From an uncultured Thermoproteaceae archaeon (GTDB taxonomy: Archaea > Thermoproteota > Thermoprotei > Thermoproteales > Thermocladiaceae): a stretch of DNA of 64,000 nucleotides. The translations under genes and the position numbers were made by a program. Of this stretch, positions 40,237-50,100 are shown piece by piece. The stretch spans positions 320,001-384,000 of the forward strand of contig CAZNTG010000006.1 in NCBI GenBank assembly GCA_964575955.1, given 5' to 3'. Below the pieces are notes generated by a model that did not search any database, had not been told where the DNA came from, and worked only from the letters and a program-made list of their open reading frames with translations. The stretch's first letter is position 1. Each line of letters starts with the position of its first letter.

Positions 40237-42300
40237 TTGAGACTAATGAACCCTAGAATTATACTAAGCCTAGCAGTATTGATATGTGTAGTGTTGTCAT
40301 TAGCTAGTCTAGTATTTATAACAAATGTAATATATGCATCAAATATTGAGATAGTTGGACCACTAGTACATGTAGCATATATTGATGAGATAAGTATGAC
40401 AAAAACAATAGCATTACAGCCAGGTCAGAAGTATACAGTACAGTTTGGTCTACCTCCAAGTAATGAGTATAGTAACTACATGATAGTTGTGAAGTTCCTA
40501 AAGCCAAGTCCAGTACTTCAAGTAATTTGTAGAGGAGAATGTACATATGTTAAGAGTGAGAGTGGTGTCATATCTGAAGTATATTCAGAAAGTGGAAATG
40601 TAACAATTGTAAATGCAGGAACATCAACATATGTTGGTCGTATAGAGATAATGTATGTGTATAGGAAGTTGGAAGAATATACAGCATCTAGTAGTATTGT
40701 TAAGATTAGTTTGAAAATACCAGACACAACAATAAATGAGGTTAGTAAACAGATTGTTAAGATATGGATTGACAATACTGCACCATATGTGATAAGTGAT
40801 GTGATACTTCCTGGAGGAAAATCTTTAGAGAAGTTGATGGAGATTGGAGAAGTTCCAAAATATGTGAAGATGGAACCTAAGAGAGTTCTAATATATGCAA
40901 CACAGGCACCTAAAGGTACGTACACTATAGTCTTAACATACGATAAGTCATCTATAATGCCTATAACATTCCTCGTGAAGGCTCTAGAATATCTAAATAA
41001 GACTATAGCACCAGAGAGTGTTGGTGTAATATCATCAAGCGAGTTTGGAATACCACATGGATGGACATTGCTTGGATATGTTGTTGCAGTTGCAGCAATA
41101 CAGCCAGTAATAGTTAATGAGAAGGTTGGTGGTATAACTATAGAAGGTAAGCTTGTTGTTCCTGCATCAGCAGAGAGTGGTATAATTAATATTAAAGCGA
41201 TAAGCTATCTAATACCATCATTAATAAAGTTCAAGTATGTTGTAGGTGCATACATTGTCTATGGATCATCATTCAAGGTTGTTAATAACATGACAGTTCC
41301 AGTAATGATATACTACATACCACTCGTATATAGACCAGTTGGAAAGATAGTAACTATAGGTAATAAGACTATAATATATGCACTAGTATCAGAATCAGAC
41401 CTAGTTGGAGGTATCTGGACTACACTAGTAGTACAATTGCCAAGCTATGCAAAGATTAGTAAGATAGTAACTCCTGGAGGTATGGTGTATAGTGAAGTAT
41501 CTAACTCACTAGTTCCATGGGGTACAACTCTAAGACCAATATCAATATCACCTGATAGACATGAAGCATATATAGCTGTAGCTCTTGAAGATATGAGAGA
41601 AGCTGGACTATATAGGATATACGTCAATGTAGAGCCTTTAAGAATGTACATAACAGATCAATATGGTAGACCTATAAATTGTAGAGTAGTATTTCAGATA
41701 AGTCCAGAAACAAAGATTGTTGTAGAACCTCAAGATAGTGTTGTCATATTTAGAATACCATCACTAATGTTTAAACCGATAACAGCATATGTTATGTATA
41801 GAGGTGTTAATGTTGCCACACTCATACTAAACACAATACCTGAAAAGCCTATACATGTGATTGTTAAATTATACAACTTGACTATCGTTGTTACAAAGTT
41901 TAGAGGAGCACCACTAAGTGGTGCTGAAGTTACGTTGAGATTGATAGGTACAAACTTCACAACTGTTGAAAAGACTGATAGTAATGGTGTTGCAAAATTT
42001 GTAGAATTACCAGCAGGAATATACGATGTTGAAGTTAAGGTTGGATCTACAGTAGTTGCAAGAGGTCAAATACAGCTTAATGAAACTAGAATAGTTAAAT
42101 TGAGTACAAATGTCGTATTTGTACTAACTATAGGAAGTATGACAATACCAGTAACAGTTCTACAGTTAGCAAGTATGATAGTTGCAGTAGCTATAACCGC
42201 TGTAGCAGTCGTGCTAATACTCAGATTTATTGGTAAGAATAGAAGAGTAGAATATGAGATATATAGTGAGAGTGATGAGGAATTACAGACACAGAAGTAG
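40237..42300 (+). CDS. Secreted, C-terminally membrane-anchored beta-rich surface protein
   Basis: N-terminal signal, carboxypeptidase-regulatory-like motif (PLSGAEV..TDSNGVAKF..LPAGIY), C-terminal TM and charged tail. Confidence 0.75.
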   Translation: MRLMNPRIILSLAVLICVVLSLASLVFITNVIYASNIEIVGPLVHVAYIDEISMTKTIALQPGQKYTVQFGLPPSNEYSNYMIVVKFLKPSPVLQVICRGECTYVKSESGVISEVYSESGNVTIVNAGTSTYVGRIEIMYVYRKLEEYTASSSIVKISLKIPDTTINEVSKQIVKIWIDNTAPYVISDVILPGGKSLEKLMEIGEVPKYVKMEPKRVLIYATQAPKGTYTIVLTYDKSSIMPITFLVKALEYLNKTIAPESVGVISSSEFGIPHGWTLLGYVVAVAAIQPVIVNEKVGGITIEGKLVVPASAESGIINIKAISYLIPSLIKFKYVVGAYIVYGSSFKVVNNMTVPVMIYYIPLVYRPVGKIVTIGNKTIIYALVSESDLVGGIWTTLVVQLPSYAKISKIVTPGGMVYSEVSNSLVPWGTTLRPISISPDRHEAYIAVALEDMREAGLYRIYVNVEPLRMYITDQYGRPINCRVVFQISPETKIVVEPQDSVVIFRIPSLMFKPITAYVMYRGVNVATLILNTIPEKPIHVIVKLYNLTIVVTKFRGAPLSGAEVTLRLIGTNFTTVEKTDSNGVAKFVELPAGIYDVEVKVGSTVVARGQIQLNETRIVKLSTNVVFVLTIGSMTIPVTVLQLASMIVAVAITAVAVVLILRFIGKNRRVEYEIYSESDEELQTQK

Positions 42301-42301
42301 A

Positions 42302-42817
42302 CTATTTTAATCTTCTATAAAATTCAGCTCTAAGTTCAGACATAAGTTTATTAAGTCTATCAAAAATACTATGCTTAATATCAAATACTTTGTGAAATTC
42401 TACAATTTTCTTAAAACTCTCCTCAATTTCTTGAAGAGTCTTTCTCAACTTTCTAACTTCACGAGGTGATGTAGATCTAACCTGTTCTAGAAAACTTTCA
42501 ACTCTACTAATCATAGATTGACATAATACTTCAAGCTTTTTAGCTACAAGATTTCTAACAGCCTTATACTGATCTTCTGTAAGTTCAACTATTGAGTATA
42601 GAAATTCAACACCTTCATAACCTTCTTCTAATCTCCTAATTATAACATCTTTCAATCTTAATAATCTACGCTCAAGATCCTCTCTATCTCTCCAAGATAT
42701 AACAACACCTCTAGTTATCCTAAGACCAAGTTCTTCAATAATTCTATCAATATCTTCCTGTATCTCTTCAGATTCTTCAGGAAGAGATACATATGTTAAT
42801 ATTAGGTAGAACGTCAT
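42302..42817 (-). CDS. Hypothetical protein, ChrB/PaaX-like ferredoxin-fold N-domain plus coiled coil
   Basis: YLILTYVSLPEE..LGLRITRGVVIS then helical heptads. Confidence 0.45.
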   Translation of the reverse strand: MTFYLILTYVSLPEESEEIQEDIDRIIEELGLRITRGVVISWRDREDLERRLLRLKDVIIRRLEEGYEGVEFLYSIVELTEDQYKAVRNLVAKKLEVLCQSMISRVESFLEQVRSTSPREVRKLRKTLQEIEESFKKIVEFHKVFDIKHSIFDRLNKLMSELRAEFYRRLK

Positions 42818-43245
42818 AACTTAGACTCCCCATAATACTTTCTAAATATGTTAAGTATTTTTCGATAATAGTTAGGTGAGTATTTCTGAATTAAATTTTC
42901 TATAAACATCAAAATCTCATTATCAGAAATTCTCCTATTTAGGATAGCTTTAATACTTATAATTTCACACTTATCTTCACCATATATGTATAGTGTACCT
43001 AGTATTTTAAAATCTTCATAACTATCAAATACTACATTTAGAATTCTCCTATTATCAATACTTACTTCGCTAATTATTTCAAACTTTGATACGTTATTAA
43101 TATTGAACTTCTCTACAACATCAATATCTATGACAACACTATTTTCAAAATTTATAATTCTAGCAATCTTAACCTTATGATCTCTACTGACAACTTCTAT
43201 AATATTATCATTTTTAAGTAATGTTAAATATTCTATTAATGACAT
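42814..43245 (-). CDS. Hypothetical protein
   Basis: ATGA-coupled to downstream gene. Confidence 0.55.
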   Translation of the reverse strand: MSLIEYLTLLKNDNIIEVVSRDHKVKIARIINFENSVVIDIDVVEKFNINNVSKFEIISEVSIDNRRILNVVFDSYEDFKILGTLYIYGEDKCEIISIKAILNRRISDNEILMFIENLIQKYSPNYYRKILNIFRKYYGESKL

Positions 43246-43246
43246 A

Positions 43247-43295
43247 TCAGCGACCAGAAACCAACATCACTTTTCAGAGCCCTGGGCATCATCAT
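43247..43295 (-). ncRNA. C/D box sRNA
   Basis: Minus strand: ATGATGA-tgcccagggct-CTGA-aaa-GTGATGT-tggtttctggtcg-CTGA; between two co-oriented genes. Confidence 0.8.
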
Positions 43296-43301
43296 TTTTA
43301 A

Positions 43302-43904
43302 CTATTCGATATATATTCCACATTTCAATATCCTCCTATATATTGATTGTCTTTCATCTTCTGGAAAGTATTCTAACGCCTTCTTTAGATATGTCTTATT
43401 TAACTTTAAATCATATTTTTCTTCTGCTAAATATTCAGCAATTTTATTTAGAAATTCTTCACCTTCCTGAGTTGCCTCTCTAGCTTTTAATACTATTAAA
43501 TCTTCAAGTCTTATATGTCTAATATCTAGATCTTCTATTCTCTTAGTTGGAGTATTTTTTAACATCTCTTCAGGTATGTATATGTCTAATATATTTTCCA
43601 TGAGGTCTACTCTAACTACATCACCATTAACTAGAACTTCATAGTATATTAAACCGTGCATTGTTGTACCAATATCCCAATCATTTTGTCTTGCAATTTC
43701 TTCGAAAAATTCACTCTCGGCGAATACACATTTATTTGTTATGAAGAGATCTACATCATGTACTTCCCAAGGTACGTTGTATACTAGTGGTAGTATTAGA
43801 CTTCCAATAAGGACAAATTCAACGCCATTGTCGTGGAGGACCTTACCTACGCGTATCAGGGCTTTCTTAAATGGTTCCACTTTTTCAAGCTCTTTCCTTC
43901 TCAT
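43302..43904 (-). CDS. Nucleotidyltransferase (Pol-beta superfamily)
   Basis: FVLIGS..HDVDLF..VDLMEN..LEDLIVLKA. Confidence 0.85.
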   Translation of the reverse strand: MRRKELEKVEPFKKALIRVGKVLHDNGVEFVLIGSLILPLVYNVPWEVHDVDLFITNKCVFAESEFFEEIARQNDWDIGTTMHGLIYYEVLVNGDVVRVDLMENILDIYIPEEMLKNTPTKRIEDLDIRHIRLEDLIVLKAREATQEGEEFLNKIAEYLAEEKYDLKLNKTYLKKALEYFPEDERQSIYRRILKCGIYIE

Positions 43905-43954
43905 ATTAGATCAACTGCTAGCAGTAACATAAATATATAAAATCTTTTAAGGTT

Positions 43955-44422
43955 ATGTGTGTGAACATGCAGGAAACACAGATGCCATCATTACCACCTC
44001 TAAAGGCTGTGCAATTTAGACTAGACTACATACACGCTGAGAGATTACCAATACCACACTCACCTTCACAACCTGTAAACATGATGTTTAATTTAAATAT
44101 ACTGAATACAAATGTGACATCTCAAGATAGTACGGTAGAAGTTCCATTTGTAGTTAACATATCTTCAATGCCCTCAATAATATCTGTAACATTGAAAGGT
44201 GCATTAATACTACAATTTGAGAAGAAGAGTGATGCGGAAGAGATGTTGAAAAACATATCTGAGGGTAAGGTTCCTGACGCTATAAACATGGTGATAATGC
44301 AGTATATAATATTTGAAGTTAGTCTAATTATGAGAGAACTTGGTATGCCTCCAATGATACCTATACCACAGATACAACCTCAAAAACCTGGAGATAAAAC
44401 TACAGAAATGCACTATGTGTAG
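43955..44422 (+). CDS. Hypothetical protein, SecB-like fold suspected
   Basis: Four beta strands then helix ending ELGMPPMIP. Confidence 0.5.
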   Translation: MCVNMQETQMPSLPPLKAVQFRLDYIHAERLPIPHSPSQPVNMMFNLNILNTNVTSQDSTVEVPFVVNISSMPSIISVTLKGALILQFEKKSDAEEMLKNISEGKVPDAINMVIMQYIIFEVSLIMRELGMPPMIPIPQIQPQKPGDKTTEMHYV

Positions 44423-45381
44423 CCTATAAAATATTGCCAACCTCTATATTTAAGTTGTACATCTCTATAAAATACCTGTACATTGTTGATCATAGATACT
44501 GATCCAATAATTATGAAACCAAGATCTTGTAAGATATCTATAAGCTCTCTATCATTTTTATCAACTATAAATACTGGAACATACTCTTCACCACCATTAA
44601 AAACAACTTCTAAAATATCAATATTATTTTCTTGACAGAATGATATAATATCACTTGTTGTTGGTAACGTATCTATTCTTATACAACATCTAGAATATTC
44701 AGCAATATTCCATAATGTAGCTCCAAGACCATCACTAACATCACTTGAAGCAATTATCCTATCTACATACTGTTCTAATATGTTCACAATATTGAAATCT
44801 ATCATAGGCTTCTTAATGAATGATAAACCTCTCCTAACTACTTCATTATCAATATATTTATTTAAAACTCCTCTATAGTTAAGATGAAATACTAGACCAG
44901 TATATCCAAATATTGGTTTTGTCATTATTATACCATCTCTATAACACTTAAGTGGTATTTCTCTCTTAGCCATTCCTATTCCAGCTATAGTTATTGAATT
45001 TTCTATACCCTCATTTGTATCGATCTTAGATATTTCAATATTGTGTTTAGTGCAGAAGTCTAATATTCCTCTAATTAATTCTTCAAGATTTTCAAAATCT
45101 TCATTGGAGTTTAATGATATTGATATAGATATTGAGATTGGTCTACATATCTTAGCTATTAGATCACTAATACATCCAGCAACAGCTCTCCAACCACAGT
45201 CATACCATGTTGTGAATTCTAATTTCCATCTTGAGAATGTATATCCTTCGATGTTTATTGCTAATATTCTATCATGAATTTTTAAGTAGTGAACATCGTT
45301 ATATTCATATTGTAGATATTTTCTTATAAGTTCTATACATCTTCTAACTATTTCTCTCTCACCAAGTTTATAAAGTTTCAC
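44413..45381 (-). CDS. thiL: Thiamine-monophosphate kinase
   Basis: LGEREIV, GWRAV..ISDL, DTNE, DVSDGL, GGEEY, GWQYF. Confidence 0.85.
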   Translation of the reverse strand: MKLYKLGEREIVRRCIELIRKYLQYEYNDVHYLKIHDRILAINIEGYTFSRWKLEFTTWYDCGWRAVAGCISDLIAKICRPISISISISLNSNEDFENLEELIRGILDFCTKHNIEISKIDTNEGIENSITIAGIGMAKREIPLKCYRDGIIMTKPIFGYTGLVFHLNYRGVLNKYIDNEVVRRGLSFIKKPMIDFNIVNILEQYVDRIIASSDVSDGLGATLWNIAEYSRCCIRIDTLPTTSDIISFCQENNIDILEVVFNGGEEYVPVFIVDKNDRELIDILQDLGFIIIGSVSMINNVQVFYRDVQLKYRGWQYFIGYT

Positions 45382-45387
45382 AAAATA

Positions 45388-45756
45388 CTACTCTACTATC
45401 TGTTTTAGAAGTTTAATTACTTCTTCAGGACCTGACGTTTTGCATAGTTCCCATAGTGGATTTTTATAATCTTCACTTACCTTATCTTCTTCACATATCA
45501 TATATTTACATATTCTATACCTATTATCACATTTTTGTAATATTCCTTTCTTTACAAGTTCGTCAAGTACATATTTTATTAATGTTAATTTTATCGGTTT
45601 TACATTTCCCTTCTCTCCAGCATATTCTGAGAGTCTACGTGGTGTAAAGCTGACACAGTTTCCTCTAGCTTCTTTAACAGCTTTCCAAATTCCAATAGCT
45701 ACTTCCTCAACTATTAAGCTAAATTTCTCATATGAACTTGTTCTTGATGTCATCAT
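45388..45756 (-). CDS. Winged-helix DNA-binding protein (paralog of 63424..63885)
   Basis: ARGNCVSFTPRRL..IKYVLDELVKKGIL..NPLWEL. Confidence 0.65.
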   Translation of the reverse strand: MMTSRTSSYEKFSLIVEEVAIGIWKAVKEARGNCVSFTPRRLSEYAGEKGNVKPIKLTLIKYVLDELVKKGILQKCDNRYRICKYMICEEDKVSEDYKNPLWELCKTSGPEEVIKLLKQIVE

Positions 45757-45885
45757 GTGTTCAAGCTGTACACGATATAAAAATGCGATATTTACTAATG
45801 TATACGCATGTCCTGATACTAGTGGTCTACTTTTAACTATATTGATGCTGGTTATGTAGAACGTTGTTTTTGAACTATCCTGATA

Positions 45886-46746
45886 TTAAAAGTGTAAGCT
45901 TAGTATTGCTAGACAGGTTATTGCTGATATTAGTTGAGAAATCATATTTATATACTCACCTCTGAATTTTCCAAAACCCCATAAACGTTCTGTCTCTTCA
46001 CCGCAGTGAATATGAGATTCACATATTATACCACATACTCTACATCTTCTCTTCTCCTGTAAGATGTAGCCTAGTATGCTGTCAGAGATCTCTCCAACAA
46101 TTCCCGATATGAATATTGATATGCCTATCAAGATAACATTACCTGATCTACATATTAGAATCGTGTTTGGAATAGTGAACATTGCTAGACAGGTTATGAT
46201 TGCTATAGTTCCTGCACCAGCTATAGATGCTGCAATACCGAGTGGAGATACAGCACCTGAAGTTCCAGGTTCAGCTTTTTTATAAGGTTTCAATATTAGT
46301 CTTGGATATCCTCTATACAGAACACCAATTTCAGAAGCCCATGTATCAGCGTTAGATGTCGCAATCATAGCTATTGGAAGTATTGCTAATTTCTCAGCAA
46401 AATTTTTCAAACCAACAATATACATAACCATGCTTGACGTACCTAGAAGTCCTGGAAGTAGACCAACACCTAGAACTTGAATTCTAGTTCTTCCAAATAT
46501 GTCTGTTGATGTTAATCTCGAAAGTTTGTAATTCTTTCCTAATCTTGTAAATATTGAGGATAATATTACAAATGTTATATATGTTAAAAATTGTACAATT
46601 CCTGGAATTATATTTAATATTGATACTAGTATAGCATCTCTAATAGCATCGTTAGTAATAATTTTAAGCTTTGCAGAATGTTTAGATAATGCTAATACTA
46701 ACAGTATCGATACTACTACATATGTTGTATAGTAGATAGTGTTCAT
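45886..46746 (-). CDS. DUF92/TMEM19-family membrane protein
   Basis: GRTRIQV, ADTWASEIG, PGTSGAVS, DSILG..LQ, C-terminal CxxC..HC. Confidence 0.88.
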   Translation of the reverse strand: MNTIYYTTYVVVSILLVLALSKHSAKLKIITNDAIRDAILVSILNIIPGIVQFLTYITFVILSSIFTRLGKNYKLSRLTSTDIFGRTRIQVLGVGLLPGLLGTSSMVMYIVGLKNFAEKLAILPIAMIATSNADTWASEIGVLYRGYPRLILKPYKKAEPGTSGAVSPLGIAASIAGAGTIAIITCLAMFTIPNTILICRSGNVILIGISIFISGIVGEISDSILGYILQEKRRCRVCGIICESHIHCGEETERLWGFGKFRGEYINMISQLISAITCLAILSLHF

Positions 46747-46749
46747 CTA

Positions 46750-47160
46750 CTACTCTCCCAATACTTCAACAATAACTCTACGTGCTCTAGGTCCATCCAT
46801 ATCTACTAGTAGTATTTCTTGCCATGTACCTCTAACAATTCTACCATTAACTAATGGAAATATTCTTGAAGAACCTACCATAGCACTTGCTAGATGCGCA
46901 TTTGCATTATCGTCAATCCTGTTATGTAGATATTGACCATCTCTTGGAAATACTTGAAGAAGTTTACTTAGATAGTCTGTTCTTAGTCCAGGTTCATCTT
47001 CATTAACTATTAGTAGTGCTGTTGCATGTGGTACATATACTAGAACTATACCATTCTTAATACCACTCTCAGCTACAATCTTCTCAACTTCTCTAGTAAT
47101 ATTCACAATATCTTCTCTAGATTTTGTAGATACTGTAAACTCCTTTACAAATACCTTCAC
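46750..47160 (-). CDS. yjbQ: YjbQ/UPF0047 protein
   Basis: PHATA..NEDEPGL..HN..NANAHL..GTWQ..DGPR. Confidence 0.92.
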   Translation of the reverse strand: MKVFVKEFTVSTKSREDIVNITREVEKIVAESGIKNGIVLVYVPHATALLIVNEDEPGLRTDYLSKLLQVFPRDGQYLHNRIDDNANAHLASAMVGSSRIFPLVNGRIVRGTWQEILLVDMDGPRARRVIVEVLGE

Positions 47161-47223
47161 AATAGTTAGAAAAGCCTGAACTATAAATAACTTTTATTAT
47201 TTAGTTTCTAAGCTGAGAACAGT

Positions 47224-48270
47224 ATGACAACTCTAAGTACTATCATAGATACACTATCTAGAAGATATGTCGAGTATGTAGATTCAAAATTGAGAGATTA
47301 CCTATCTAGAAGATGTGATAGAGAATTTCTAGATGTAGTGTTATATCAAATTGAGACTGGAGGTAAGAGAATTAGACCAATAATAACACTACTATTCACA
47401 GAAACTCTAGGTAAAGACTTTAAAGAAGCACTACCTGAAGCATGCATTGTAGAACTTATACATGAATACTCATTAATATTTGACGATATCATAGATAGGT
47501 CAGTAGTTAGGAGAAAGAGAAATACCGCGTGGAGAGAATTTGGTCAAAATTTTGCAATACTTGCAGGACTATGGTATAGAGAGGCAATTGAAGAAGCAAT
47601 ATTAGAAACAAAAAATCCAAAAATAGTATCAAAATTAGTATCAGAAACAATAAGAGAAATTATTGAAGGAGAAAGACTAGACATACTACTAGAAGCAACA
47701 GGAAGAGAAGATCCATACTATATGAAGTATAGGATAATTGATAGAATAAATATTGAAGATATAGAGAATATATATCTAAAGATGATAGAGAAGAAAACTG
47801 TAGCACTATTCAAACTATCATCAATACTAGGAACATTAGCAGTAGTAGATAATTTAGAAAATGAATATGTATATGCAGCATGTAGATATGGTGAAAATAT
47901 TGGAAAAGCATTTCAAATGATAGATGACCTACTAGATATTTATGGAGAATTTACAAAATTTGGTAAAGAGATTGGTAAAGATATTAAAGAACATAAAATT
48001 GGAAATGCAGTTGTAGTATACACACTTAAGAACTGTTCAAAAGATGATAGAGAATTGATATTAAATACATTGAAGAAAGATAATATAGAGAGTGAAGATA
48101 TTAAGAGATTGATAGAGATATTCAATAAGTATAATGCGAAAAATGTGGTATTTGAAAAAGCTAGATATTACGTAGCTAAAGCTATAGAAGCAATTTCAAA
48201 ACTTCCTGAGAATGAACATAGGAAGAATTTAGAAGAGATAGCGAGATTTATAGTTGAACGTGAGTTCTAA
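47224..48270 (+). CDS. Polyprenyl (geranylgeranyl) diphosphate synthase
   Basis: GGKRIRP, FDDIIDRS.VRR, KKT, FQMIDDLLD. Confidence 0.93.
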   Translation: MTTLSTIIDTLSRRYVEYVDSKLRDYLSRRCDREFLDVVLYQIETGGKRIRPIITLLFTETLGKDFKEALPEACIVELIHEYSLIFDDIIDRSVVRRKRNTAWREFGQNFAILAGLWYREAIEEAILETKNPKIVSKLVSETIREIIEGERLDILLEATGREDPYYMKYRIIDRINIEDIENIYLKMIEKKTVALFKLSSILGTLAVVDNLENEYVYAACRYGENIGKAFQMIDDLLDIYGEFTKFGKEIGKDIKEHKIGNAVVVYTLKNCSKDDRELILNTLKKDNIESEDIKRLIEIFNKYNAKNVVFEKARYYVAKAIEAISKLPENEHRKNLEEIARFIVEREF

Positions 48271-49027
48271 ATTAGTACTTCTAAAGATAGGTGGAAATTT
48301 AGCAAGTCCTAAAGATAAGTTTAGAGAAGTAGATTATAGAAACATTGAAGAGGTAGTTAAAGTCATTAAATATAAATTTAATCAAGGTTACAACTTCATA
48401 ATACTACATGGAGGAGGTTCACATGCACATACGCCAAGTAGATGTTATGGTTTAACAAGAATTTTATATAAAGATAATGCTTTAGGATTATCATTAACAA
48501 AATTACTATTGAAAGAACTAAATTTAGAGATATGTAAAATATTTATAAGATATGGTCTTCCAATACTAATGTTCGATACCTGTAGTCTTATTAGACATGA
48601 CAATACTCTAGATCTACATGTTATTGATGAAGCTATAAAATCAAGATTTATACCTATACTTCACGGAGATATAACAGTTATAGAACATAGATCATTTATA
48701 ATTAGTAGTGATGATTTAGCATTAATACTTGCTAAGAAGTATAGACCTGACATTACGATATTTATAATTAGAGAGAGAGGTATAGTTGATAGGTATGGAA
48801 ATACTATACGTAGAGTAACTCCAGACATATTAAAAGATTTAATGAAAACCGAAGAGAATATGAACTATGTAGATGTTACAGGTGGTATTATGAAGAAATT
48901 GAATGTGTGTTTTGAAATTTCTAAAATATGTAAAGTCTATATATGTCCTCCAGAATTTGAATGCCTATGTTCCTGTATTGATGGTTTTGAATGTGATAGA
49001 TGTTCACTTATTGAAACATCTAATTAA
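48254..49027 (+). CDS. Isopentenyl phosphate kinase
   Basis: LKIGG, HGGGSHAH, PILHGD, ISSD, DVTGGIMKK; adjacent to prenyl synthase. Confidence 0.88.
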   Translation: MNVSSKLVLLKIGGNLASPKDKFREVDYRNIEEVVKVIKYKFNQGYNFIILHGGGSHAHTPSRCYGLTRILYKDNALGLSLTKLLLKELNLEICKIFIRYGLPILMFDTCSLIRHDNTLDLHVIDEAIKSRFIPILHGDITVIEHRSFIISSDDLALILAKKYRPDITIFIIRERGIVDRYGNTIRRVTPDILKDLMKTEENMNYVDVTGGIMKKLNVCFEISKICKVYICPPEFECLCSCIDGFECDRCSLIETSN

Positions 49028-49993
49028 TAATTTTTCTAATTCTTCAACACTTCTGTAGTTAAATATTAAACATTTAATAGATCTTGAATACTTATCACCT
49101 ACTAAGATGAGTGGTCTATCAAATCTGTATATGTAATATCTAGCTTCGACATATTTGAGAATTGGTGAACCAATCTTCAATAATAGTGTTGCATTTCCAT
49201 GAACTAGGTATAGTGCTGCTATGTTTAAGATTATTGAATTATCTTTCATCTCTACTACAGTGCCTCTCAATATCCCATATCCTGTCTCAGTCTTATTTTT
49301 AGTTTTATACATAGCCTCTGCTAATACTTCTAAATACTTCTCTAACTGTCTTCCTGATATCGATTTTGTAAATGTTAAATTTACCTGTGCTAACATAAGT
49401 GCAATTCTCAGTTTTTTCGAAGTTATATTTACACTAATAGTAGTATTTCCATATGATGAAGTTATATTTCCTTTTTGAGGTGTTATGAAGTATTTGGGAA
49501 TTGTTAATATTATCAAGAGTAGTGATGTGAATATTGTAAGATTAGATATTGGATATATGTTAAACTCTTCTAATGTTAATGTTCCATTTAGAGTTTTATT
49601 TAGCATATCTACAATTTTCATATACTTGCTACTCTGCATACTTTGAGGTATGTAATATACATCTACTAGAGGTTTTGAAATGTTTAATAGTTTAAGTGCT
49701 TGAGTGTATAGATATGTAATATTTTTAATATATTCAAAGTCTACTATCCTAATAATCTCATACCTATATTCTGGATATGCTGATACTAATTTTGAAGCTA
49801 CATCTCTACACATATATATGTTTCCTCCAGCAGCTCTACATATTACATCTAGAGTAAATGTTAGAAGTTGTGGTTTTGAAGTTCCACCTCTAAAGAATAG
49901 ACCAAATGAGTATAGTATATACCCAGCTTCAGCTATGATTATTGCTAGTAGTGCTATTATTAGAAATCTCTTTCTCTTTCTTTTAGCAGCCAT
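49004..49993 (-). CDS. Membrane-anchored hypothetical protein
   Basis: KRKRKR plus N-terminal TM; many NxS/T sequons. Confidence 0.65.
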   Translation of the reverse strand: MAAKRKRKRFLIIALLAIIIAEAGYILYSFGLFFRGGTSKPQLLTFTLDVICRAAGGNIYMCRDVASKLVSAYPEYRYEIIRIVDFEYIKNITYLYTQALKLLNISKPLVDVYYIPQSMQSSKYMKIVDMLNKTLNGTLTLEEFNIYPISNLTIFTSLLLIILTIPKYFITPQKGNITSSYGNTTISVNITSKKLRIALMLAQVNLTFTKSISGRQLEKYLEVLAEAMYKTKNKTETGYGILRGTVVEMKDNSIILNIAALYLVHGNATLLLKIGSPILKYVEARYYIYRFDRPLILVGDKYSRSIKCLIFNYRSVEELEKLLIRCFNK

Positions 49994-50100
49994 ATTTACG
50001 CATAGACTATTTTATGTAACTTTTAACATTAACACTAGCAATATTTTGCAAAGCGTGAAGCGAGTACTATTTTTAAATCTATCGGATAATTTAAAGATAA

